This document shows, piece after piece, positions 26,895-34,151 of a DNA stretch of 34,288 bases. The first letter of the stretch is position 1. The number at the start of each line of letters is the position of its first letter. Below the pieces are notes generated by a model. That model was not told the DNA's origin. It saw only the letters and a list, made by a program, of their open reading frames with translations, and searched no databases. Source of the stretch: a virus. Lineage: Duplodnaviria > Caudoviricetes. Where the stretch lies: the IMG/VR virus record IMGVR_UViG_3300032234_000434, positions 1 through 34,288 of that record; one strand, 5' to 3'. Made by a program: the position numbers and the translations under genes.

Positions 26895-27295
26895 GACGCA
26901 CCTCCCACATTCTTGCGGACCTCGCAGACGGTCCACGGTTCGGCATCGAGGTCCCACGAGCGTCCGAACTCGTCCTCGACGGACAGGTCGAAGGACAGGA
27001 CGCCGGGGTCTGTGTTGGCCGGGTCAGACAGGATGCTGGCCAGGCGGTCTGCGACCTTGTCCTCGCAGGTGAACACCCACTCGCTCACGAACTTGAACAC
27101 GGTGCGTTCGCCGTCCGTGGACAGCGAGTAGGAGTCGCACGAGACGGACGACAGACAGACACCGTCCTTGCGGACGATGGGATGACGGTCATCGAACTCG
27201 CCGAACTCCAGCGGGTCGATGGGCACTTCGTCCGGGAGGGACACGCCCTCCACGGAGAAGGCGAGGGTGACCCTCGCCACGATGACGGCAGACAT
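26891..27295 (-). CDS. Hypothetical acidic protein, 134 aa
   Basis: TAATG overlap at 27297-27293; MSAVIVARV... Confidence 0.65.
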   Translation of the reverse strand: MSAVIVARVTLAFSVEGVSLPDEVPIDPLEFGEFDDRHPIVRKDGVCLSSVSCDSYSLSTDGERTVFKFVSEWVFTCEDKVADRLASILSDPANTDPGVLSFDLSVEDEFGRSWDLDAEPWTVCEVRKNVGGAS

Positions 27296-27756
27296 TAGGC
27301 CACCTCCTTTCCTTTGCGGCGAGCCCACGCCGCCTTGGCCGACTTGGACCGCTTGGCCTTGGACCAGCGACGAGCCCGGGCCTTGGCGAGGACCTCGTCA
27401 GACCGTCCGGCAGACCTGTCCGGCTTGCGGGACTCGATGACCTCGTGGACCTTGGTCGCCGAGTCGTGCAGACAGGCGATGGCCTCGACGACGAGGGCGA
27501 TGCGGTGCGTCTCCGGCGTCAGACCAGCCGGGACGGCGTGGGTCTGTCCGAACAGGGACGACAGCAGGTCGCCGCACTTGTGCAGGGCCTTGACCGTCTG
27601 GTTGTTCGCCTCCTCGAGCGTGACGAGGTCACGCTTCACCGCCTGCCGGATGCCGGAGGCCGTGGTGAGGTGCGAGAGGGACAGGCGGGGCCTGCCTCGG
27701 TTGTTCTGCGTCGCCGGGGTGGCTTCGCTCTTGTTGGTGTTGTGCTTGTGCAGCAT
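27295..27756 (-). CDS. Hypothetical basic, possibly DNA-binding protein, 153 aa
   Basis: RGRPR AT-hook-like motif; C-terminal KARARRWSKAKRSKSAKAAWARRK; C/A-rich leader before ATG 27756. Confidence 0.6.
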   Translation of the reverse strand: MLHKHNTNKSEATPATQNNRGRPRLSLSHLTTASGIRQAVKRDLVTLEEANNQTVKALHKCGDLLSSLFGQTHAVPAGLTPETHRIALVVEAIACLHDSATKVHEVIESRKPDRSAGRSDEVLAKARARRWSKAKRSKSAKAAWARRKGKEVA

Positions 27757-27845
27757 GGGTGAAGGTGGTTTGTCTGACGGCCTCGTCAGCGGGAGCATAA
27801 CTCCACGGACACCAGACGGCCATGACTCCGTCTGATGTTTCGGCC

Positions 27846-28394
27846 TTAGTTGAACCGATGCTTGTCCGGGTCGAAGCCGTCCAAGCGGTCGTGCGGGTCG
27901 AAGTTCTTGTCCTTGTAGCCGGGCTTCTTGTCTGCGGACTTCTTCTTGTTGAACGGACCCTTGGGGTCCTCGACGAAGCCGTTGCCCTCGGCCTCCTCGA
28001 AGAAGGACTTGAGGAAATCCTCGCCGGACAACTTGAAGTCGTCGATGAGGTTCTCAGACACGCTCGTCACCGGGATGCCACGCTCCTCACACTTGCGGGT
28101 GATGTATTCGTCGTGACGGACGATGGTCTGACCGAGGGTGCAGACAGCCTTGCCGAGCAGGTTGAGGCCCTGCCGGATTTGGTCTGCGTGGACCTTGGCG
28201 TCTGCCGTCTGTCCGGCGTCGAGGGCCTTCACCAACTTGGACAGGTCGTCCTTGATGGCGGCGGCGGTCACGGCCCCGATGAGCGTGCCCTTGCTGATGA
28301 AGCCGAGGAAGTTGAGCAGGTCCTGCGGGCTCGTGGCGATGGCGTGCTCGGGCGGGGTGCCGTTGCTGGGGTTCTTGTCGTTGTTGTTCGTCAT
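27846..28394 (-). CDS. Hypothetical protein, 182 aa
   Basis: ORF with consistent codon bias and a C/A-rich leader. Confidence 0.7.
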   Translation of the reverse strand: MTNNNDKNPSNGTPPEHAIATSPQDLLNFLGFISKGTLIGAVTAAAIKDDLSKLVKALDAGQTADAKVHADQIRQGLNLLGKAVCTLGQTIVRHDEYITRKCEERGIPVTSVSENLIDDFKLSGEDFLKSFFEEAEGNGFVEDPKGPFNKKKSADKKPGYKDKNFDPHDRLDGFDPDKHRFN

Positions 28395-28438
28395 GTTCGT
28401 ATTATTTTCTGGGTGGGTATTCTGGGTGGGTGAAAAGG

Positions 28439-28765
28439 TTATCGGTTCGAGGCGAACCAGACAGACAGGTCGATGAGGGTTTCGGCGTTGTAGCGTTCGA
28501 GGGGGAAGGCGTGCTTGTCCTTACGCTTGCTGTCCGTGTAGGCGGTCCGGCACAGGCTCGCCAGAAGCGGGATGGTGACCGGGTGTCCGGCGTCCGTGAA
28601 CGCCTTGACGCACTTGTTGGCGAGGTCGGCGAAGGGGTCGTCCGTGGCCAGCACCCGGTTGAAGGGGGCGGGGTCCTTTTCCTTGTCTCGCAGTTCGATG
28701 TAAGCCTCGAGCACCGTCTTGAGGACAGCGTCGAGGGCCTTGAGTTTGTTGGAGGTTTTGCTCAT
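28439..28765 (-). CDS. Hypothetical protein, 108 aa
   Basis: ATG 28765 lies just downstream of a predicted promoter. Confidence 0.65.
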   Translation of the reverse strand: MSKTSNKLKALDAVLKTVLEAYIELRDKEKDPAPFNRVLATDDPFADLANKCVKAFTDAGHPVTIPLLASLCRTAYTDSKRKDKHAFPLERYNAETLIDLSVWFASNR

Positions 28766-28773
28766 CGGTGGGA

Positions 28774-28816
28774 AGTATTGCTGGGTTGTTTGATTTGTCA
28801 AGCGACAGTTTGTCGG
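28774..28816 (-). promoter_or_regulatory. Leftward promoter with adjacent palindromic operator
   Basis: TTGACA (28801-28796)-N16-AATACT; CGACA-GTT-TGTCG at 28803-28815. Confidence 0.6.
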
Positions 28817-29245
28817 TTAGTATTCGCTGGGCAGGAGGACGGTCGTGACGATGCCCTCGTCCGTGGACTCGGTCGTGACCCACACGGACTCGGACGAGTC
28901 GGGCAGACGCCACGAGGCGAGCACACGGCCCGGGTTGCGGACGGCACAGGGCTCGAAGTCCTTGCCATACGCAGACGGCAGACGCTCGAAGCGTTCGATG
29001 TTGCCCGGGTCGTCGTTCGACTGCCAATCGCCAGCCGGGATGGCGTTGCCCCAATCGCAACACGAGTGGGCGGTCAGCAGTTCAGACACGGTGTCGAGCG
29101 TCTGCTCGTTGAAGCGGTCCTGCACGCCGTTCGTGATGACGATGCGGCCGGTGTTGAACAGCGGGATGAACTCAGACGAGAGCAGGTGCTGGTGCAGGTG
29201 CTCCCGGATGAGGGTGGCGGTGGGGGTGGGTTCGTTGGTGCTCAT
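28817..29245 (-). CDS. Uncharacterised mobile-element-type protein (DWG...TxLLPxEY pattern), 142 aa
   Basis: GRIVITNGV...H..CDWG...VWVTTE...TTVLLPSEY pattern recalled from plasmid/ICE/phage hypothetical proteins. Confidence 0.7.
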   Translation of the reverse strand: MSTNEPTPTATLIREHLHQHLLSSEFIPLFNTGRIVITNGVQDRFNEQTLDTVSELLTAHSCCDWGNAIPAGDWQSNDDPGNIERFERLPSAYGKDFEPCAVRNPGRVLASWRLPDSSESVWVTTESTDEGIVTTVLLPSEY

Positions 29246-29288
29246 GTTCGTATGTGTGTGGAGGTGTGTCTGGGGGTGAGTGGGTGGG

Positions 29289-29648
29289 TTAGGCGTTCGG
29301 GCGGTAGGCGGTGTCGTCCGGGATGCTCACCTTGGATTTGAGCGAGCCGAGGACAGACAGACCGAGGTAGGCAGACAGGAGAAAACCACGGGCGTCAGCA
29401 CAGCGAGGGTCAACCTGCTCGTAGTCGTAGACGGACAGGTAGAAGTCTGCGTCCTTGAGCGTGTCCCGGGCGGCTTGAGCCTGCGAGATGGCCGAGTCGA
29501 GTTTGACCCGGAGAGCCTCGAGGTTTTCGAGCGAGTCAACGGCGGCGTTCAAGCCGACACGGACTCGGTTGGCGAGGCGGTCGTGAGTCGCCTTGTTGGT
29601 GGACTCCCACAGGTTGTCCGTGGGCTTGTTTTCATTGGGCTGGGTCAT
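29289..29648 (-). CDS. Hypothetical helical protein, 119 aa
   Basis: ATG 29648 follows a C/A-rich leader and a promoter; the upstream part of the 280-aa track ORF overlaps another gene. Confidence 0.65.
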   Translation of the reverse strand: MTQPNENKPTDNLWESTNKATHDRLANRVRVGLNAAVDSLENLEALRVKLDSAISQAQAARDTLKDADFYLSVYDYEQVDPRCADARGFLLSAYLGLSVLGSLKSKVSIPDDTAYRPNA

Positions 29649-29673
29649 GTTCTGGGTGGGTTGGAGATTGGGC

Positions 29674-29701
29674 ACTATGCCGACAGTTTGTAGGTTGTCA
29701 A
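29674..29701 (-). promoter_or_regulatory. Leftward promoter with operator in the spacer
   Basis: TTGACA (29701-29696)-N16-CATAGT; CCGACA-GTT-TGTAGG at 29680-29694. Confidence 0.65.
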
Positions 29702-29707
29702 GCGGGT

Positions 29708-30379
29708 TCAGAAAGTCCACGGCTGTTCGACGCCGGGCAACAGGCCAAGCGTGAAGGTGATGCGGTGCTTGCGTCCGGTCGGGACCGTGATGCGGACGAC
29801 CGCACGACCGGGGGCCTCCGGGCAGACGCCGAAGCCCAAGTAGGTGGCGTGGGCTCGGACGAACTTGCGGTTCACCAGACAGAGGATGCGGTCTTGCAGA
29901 CAGCGGTCTGCGATGTCCTCGCTGTTCACCTTGCCGATGCGGGTGCAGACGGTCACGCCGTCGTGTATGTCCGTCCGCACAGGCGGCTGGCCGGGCTCGC
30001 CGGGCACGCAATACGCAGACGCAAAGTGCTGTCTGAGGATGACACCTTCCCAGCCGAGCGAACGCACGCCGGTCTTGCACCGGGTGAGCACGACAGACAG
30101 CAGGACCTCGTGGCGTGCACGAGTGATACAATGGTCTTGGATGTTGTCCGTCTGTCTGCTCGAGGCTCCGTGGTGCGGCTTCACGCCGTCGTGGTCGAGC
30201 GAGATGCCACGGACAGGCGGCAGGTAGTCACGGATGCCCACGGTCAGCGGGTGCGTGATGCGTGCGTAAAGCGGACGGATGACGCCGTTCAGACCGAGGC
30301 ACTCCGGCTTGGTCGTGTCCGGGTCTGCGGCCAGCCACTTGTTGCTGTCCGAGGAGAATGGGTTGTATGTCTTGGTCAT
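29708..30379 (-). CDS. Hypothetical protein, 223 aa
   Basis: Long ORF in the leftward arm; no recognisable motif. Confidence 0.6.
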   Translation of the reverse strand: MTKTYNPFSSDSNKWLAADPDTTKPECLGLNGVIRPLYARITHPLTVGIRDYLPPVRGISLDHDGVKPHHGASSRQTDNIQDHCITRARHEVLLSVVLTRCKTGVRSLGWEGVILRQHFASAYCVPGEPGQPPVRTDIHDGVTVCTRIGKVNSEDIADRCLQDRILCLVNRKFVRAHATYLGFGVCPEAPGRAVVRITVPTGRKHRITFTLGLLPGVEQPWTF

Positions 30380-30393
30380 GGTCGTCTGTCTGA

Positions 30394-30648
30394 TTAGGAG
30401 AGGAGGAGGTCGAGTTGCGTCTGCAGGTCGTCGAGTTTGACGCTGGCGTCGTTCCAGCGGAGCGTCACATCACGCAGACGGATGTTGCTCCGGCTCAGAC
30501 GCTCGAGGTCGGGCTCGGGCTTGGCGAGCAGGTCCGAGTGGTGCTGGGATGCGATGGCGTAGTCACGCTCGCACTCGGTCACACGCTCCCGGGCCAAGTC
30601 GATGGCGTCGATGAGCGAGCGGATGAGTTGTTTGGTTTCGTTGGTCAT
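30394..30648 (-). CDS. Hypothetical helical-hairpin protein, 84 aa
   Basis: ATG 30648 follows a C/A-rich leader. Confidence 0.65.
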   Translation of the reverse strand: MTNETKQLIRSLIDAIDLARERVTECERDYAIASQHHSDLLAKPEPDLERLSRSNIRLRDVTLRWNDASVKLDDLQTQLDLLLS

Positions 30649-30755
30649 GGTGTGTCTGTTGGGTTTGGGTGAGAGTGTCTGAGTGCTTGCGTCTGGACTC
30701 GTCAGCGTGGGCCTTACCCACGGACGCCTCACGGCGTTTCGTCCTGTCTGTCTGC

Positions 30756-31697
30756 TCAGTTGAACTTGAGCAGGAACCCGGCCTTGGTGAACACGGCAGA
30801 CAGCGTCTCGAGGCTGGCCTGCGGCGTGCTGTGCCGTCCGTGGGCGGCGAGGGGCAGGTAGATGCTCCCGGCCTCGAGCCCTTCCGTGGGGCCGTAGCAG
30901 GTGCCACCGTAGCCGCCCAGCAGACCGTCCACGCTACCACTCGGCGTCTGCACAGACCAGAGGCACTCACGCCCGGCGAAGAAGCCTCGGCGGAAGGCCG
31001 CCGGGTGAGCCAGCCAGACAGCGAGGTTGTTGAGGTCGAGCGAGGCTCCGGCGTGCTTCACCTTCACTCGCTGACAGACAGCCTCGGGGGCAGACTTGCT
31101 CGCAGACTCGGCCCAGACCTCGCATTGGTAGCCAGCGGCCTCGATGCTACGGATGCAGGCCACGACCGCCGCACCTCGGTTGTAGAGGTAGTCCGCATCG
31201 TATCCGGCGAGGGCACCGACCGGGACAATCAGACGGATGACCTTGGTCTGTCCGAGGCTTGCGTCCTCGTCCGGGTCGCAGTCCCAATGGCAGGGGTCGC
31301 CAGCCACGAACGCCGGGATGTTGAGCGAGTCACCGCATACATCCGAGTCCGGGATGCGTCCGAAGCCGATGGACGAGGGCAGGGCGGCAACGGCGGTCTT
31401 GAGTTTGGCCACGCCTTTCGGCCAGCCGTCAGACACCAGCGTCTGATAGCCGTCCCATCCGGCCTTGAGGTCCCACGACTGCTTGGCAGACGCAGACCGG
31501 GACTCACGCCAGCCGCTGACAGACGGCTCGCACTCGGCCTGCCACTTGAGGTAGGTGTCGATGCTGTCTGCCTCGAGCAGAACATAGTTCTTGCTGCGGT
31601 CTGCGTTGCTGAAGTCGGACTTCAGACAGACGCCGGGGGTTTGGTAGTAACGCTTCTCCTTGTGGCGGGGAAGCGGGGTGTTGTCGATGAGGGCCAT
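30756..31697 (-). CDS. Degenerate vWA-like partner of the MoxR-type AAA+ ATPase, 313 aa
   Basis: Directly downstream of the AAA+ gene; GDP.HW, RGAAVVACIRSIEAAGYQCEVWA, VKVK, HPAAFRR; no canonical DxSxS MIDAS seen. Confidence 0.55.
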   Translation of the reverse strand: MALIDNTPLPRHKEKRYYQTPGVCLKSDFSNADRSKNYVLLEADSIDTYLKWQAECEPSVSGWRESRSASAKQSWDLKAGWDGYQTLVSDGWPKGVAKLKTAVAALPSSIGFGRIPDSDVCGDSLNIPAFVAGDPCHWDCDPDEDASLGQTKVIRLIVPVGALAGYDADYLYNRGAAVVACIRSIEAAGYQCEVWAESASKSAPEAVCQRVKVKHAGASLDLNNLAVWLAHPAAFRRGFFAGRECLWSVQTPSGSVDGLLGGYGGTCYGPTEGLEAGSIYLPLAAHGRHSTPQASLETLSAVFTKAGFLLKFN

Positions 31698-31781
31698 GTG
31701 TGTTGTGTGTGTTTGGGTGGGTGAGAGGGTGCAGGGGCCTGCCCGCCGTTCGTCCGGCGAGCAGGCTTGTCTGCGGTTGGG

Positions 31782-33449
31782 TTAGGCGGTCGGCTGGGCG
31801 GGGTTGCGGCGAGCGTTGACAGCGGCCTCGCCGAACTTGGCCAGACGCTTGCGGGCCTCGGGGTCAGACACCTTCTTGAGGATGAAGCAGTCGAGCAGGT
31901 CCTTGCACTTGCGGAACTGCTTGCCCCCGGCGGCCAACACCCGGACGCCGAAGAAGGCGGCACGAGGGCTGAGCACGAGGTCGATGCTGTTCGCACGAGC
32001 CGCCAGACGGTAGTCCCGGACGGTGGCAACCCACTCGAGGGCTTCATCGAGGACGGCCCCGGTCAGACCGTAGGACCGGACCACGCTGTCCGTGAGGGCG
32101 TCATCGTAGTCGCACTCGAGGACGGCGAAGCGGTCGAGCGAAGCGGCGTCCAACTTGTTGCGTCCGCTGTATTGGGCCGTAGCACCGCCGCCGTTCGTGT
32201 TCGCCGAGGCGATGAAGCGGAAGCGGGGGTGGGCCTTGACGGTGCGGTCCGGGAAGTCGCAGATGCCGTTCGCCAAGGCGGCGTTGAGCACCAGCAGGAC
32301 CTGCGGGTTGGAGGCGTCGATTTCATCGAACAGGAACAGACCGCCATGCTCGAAAGCCTGTCGGAATGGCGTGGTCTGATACTCGCCCCGGGCGTCCTTG
32401 TAGCCGAGGACCTTGAAGTCCTTCTGGACGGCCCCGGCGATGTAGCAGTCCAGACCGAGCGTCTGAGCCACCGTCTGAGCCAGCGTGGTCTTGCCGGAAC
32501 CAGCCGGGCCGAACACGAACACCCCGAAGCCGCCGGGAGTCAGCAGGTCCACGCATTCGTCATGCAGGGCGTGCTTGCGGATGTTCGAGGGCACCTTCAC
32601 AGGCTTGGGCAGGGGCTCGGGCAGGCCGCTGGGGGTAGGCGTCTGGGCCTTGGGCGTCTGCGGCGTCTGAGCCTGCTTGGGCTCGGGCTGGCCGGAGGGC
32701 GTCTGGGGCTGGTTCGCACCGTTCGTCTGAGGGCTGGTCTGACCGCCCTGCTGAGCGAGCAGGTCCCGGAGCGTCTGGTCGGTCGTGTCATTGTAGGCCG
32801 CAGACAGTTCGGACACGGACAGTTTGCCAGCACCCTTGCACGCACCTTCCGGGTTGTAGGCCACGCCCTTGCGGGTCAGCCACTTGCGGACGGCACCCCG
32901 GTTGTCCGAGGTCACCTTGGTCTGGCCACGAGGGCCGATTTGGGCCTCGAGGTCGCTGGCGTCCGGGAGGGCCTGCTGGGGCTCGCTGGTCTGGGCCTGC
33001 TGGGGCTCAGACGCACCGCTGGGGCTGGGCGTCTGGCCGGGCTCGCCTGCCTGCTGGCCGGGCTCGCTGGGCTCGCCGGGCGTCTGACCCGGTTCGCTGG
33101 GCGTCTGACCCGGTTCGCCGGACGAGCCGGACTGAGGGTCGGACGCACCGCTGGGGGTCTGCGTCTGGGCGTTGGCCGTGGCGTTGGCGTTGGGCTCACC
33201 AGCGGACAGGCCGCTGGGGTTGCCCACTTGGCCGGGAGCCTGCCCGCCCTGCTCGGGCTGGCCGGACGAGCCGGGCTCGGAACCCGGGCTGGGCTCGTTG
33301 CCGAACCCGCCACGGCTGTTCTGGGCCGAGGGGGCGGTGGCCGTCTGGCTGGTCGAGCCGGACGAGGACAGCCCGGCGGTCTGCAGGGCGGTCTGGGTGA
33401 TGCCGATGACGAGGGTCGGCTGGGTGGCGTCGGGGGTGTTGTGGGTCAT
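31782..33449 (-). CDS. MoxR/CbbQ/CobS-like AAA+ ATPase (AAA_5) with long low-complexity N-terminus, about 555 aa
   Basis: GPAGSGKT, GGLFLFDEID, SANT, RNKLDAASLDRF; N-terminal P/Q/G/S/T/E-rich repeats; start placed at ATG 33449, downstream of the promoter. Confidence 0.88.
   Translation of the reverse strand: MTHNTPDATQPTLVIGITQTALQTAGLSSSGSTSQTATAPSAQNSRGGFGNEPSPGSEPGSSGQPEQGGQAPGQVGNPSGLSAGEPNANATANAQTQTPSGASDPQSGSSGEPGQTPSEPGQTPGEPSEPGQQAGEPGQTPSPSGASEPQQAQTSEPQQALPDASDLEAQIGPRGQTKVTSDNRGAVRKWLTRKGVAYNPEGACKGAGKLSVSELSAAYNDTTDQTLRDLLAQQGGQTSPQTNGANQPQTPSGQPEPKQAQTPQTPKAQTPTPSGLPEPLPKPVKVPSNIRKHALHDECVDLLTPGGFGVFVFGPAGSGKTTLAQTVAQTLGLDCYIAGAVQKDFKVLGYKDARGEYQTTPFRQAFEHGGLFLFDEIDASNPQVLLVLNAALANGICDFPDRTVKAHPRFRFIASANTNGGGATAQYSGRNKLDAASLDRFAVLECDYDDALTDSVVRSYGLTGAVLDEALEWVATVRDYRLAARANSIDLVLSPRAAFFGVRVLAAGGKQFRKCKDLLDCFILKKVSDPEARKRLAKFGEAAVNARRNPAQPTA
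33078..33118. repeat. 21-bp-period tandem duplication encoding EPGQTP units
   Basis: GGGCGTCTGACCCGGTTCGC at 33078-33097 and 33099-33118, within a wider degenerate repeat tract. Confidence 0.85.
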
Positions 33450-33474
33450 GGTTGGGTGCCGTTTGGCGATGACC

Positions 33475-33502
33475 ACCATGACGGCCACCGACAATGTGTC
33501 AA
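33475..33502 (-). promoter_or_regulatory. Leftward promoter for the AAA+/vWA operon with overlapping operator
   Basis: TTGACA (33502-33497)-N16-CATGGT; CCGACA-ATG-TGTC at 33488-33500 overlaps the -35 box. Confidence 0.6.
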
Positions 33503-33578
33503 CTCAATCCGACAAATTGGTGCCAAATCCGATGTTGCAAATGTCGGTCTGACCCTTGAAAACATTGGTCAAAACCCT

Positions 33579-34151
33579 ATGACAAAAAAAGTGTCTGGCT
33601 CTGGTCTGGTGGCTCGGTCTGGCGGTGTCCGAAACGGTGTCGGCGGTCGGTTCGTCTCAGCGGTGTCTGCCGACTGTTTGACTGAGCCCCAGACGCTGTT
33701 CGTGGCGGCCTATGTTCGCAACGGTGGATGCGTGGCGTCTGCCTGCCGGTCTGTCGGCCTGTCTGAGCACTCTGGTCCTCGTCTGCTCAGACTGCCCCAT
33801 GTCCGGGAGGCAATCCAGACGGCCCTCGACACCGGGTTGCGGACCGAGGGTGCGGCGTTGGCTTGGGGGTGCATCCGTGGGCTCATGCAGGACCCGGCCA
33901 CGCCTGCCAATGTCCGTCTGCAGGCCGCACGCTGGACGCTGGAGCACGCTGGCATGGGCTTGGCCGCACAGCAGACACGGCTGGGGCTACCTGCATGGAC
34001 AGGCCCACTTGCGGACATGGACGAGCACGCCCTGCAGGCGTTTGTGCAGGCTGGTGCGGATGCACTCGCCAGCCTGTCTGCGTCCGAGCACCTGCCTGCC
34101 TGTCTGCCTGTGGATGCCTGCCCGGATGTGCAGGTGCCCAAGCAGGCATGA
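33579..34151 (+). CDS. terS: Terminase small subunit, 190 aa
   Basis: LTEPQTLFVAAYVRNGGCVASACRSVGLS...RLLRLPHVREAI matches the TerS HTH pattern; true start at ATG 33579 within the 794-aa track ORF. Confidence 0.8.
   Translation: MTKKVSGSGLVARSGGVRNGVGGRFVSAVSADCLTEPQTLFVAAYVRNGGCVASACRSVGLSEHSGPRLLRLPHVREAIQTALDTGLRTEGAALAWGCIRGLMQDPATPANVRLQAARWTLEHAGMGLAAQQTRLGLPAWTGPLADMDEHALQAFVQAGADALASLSASEHLPACLPVDACPDVQVPKQA

Noticed and set aside
31767-33578. N-terminal 604 codons of the 794-aa plus-strand ORF
   Set aside because: Antisense shadow of the AAA+ ATPase gene in GC-rich DNA; only the part from ATG 33579 looks like a real protein (TerS)
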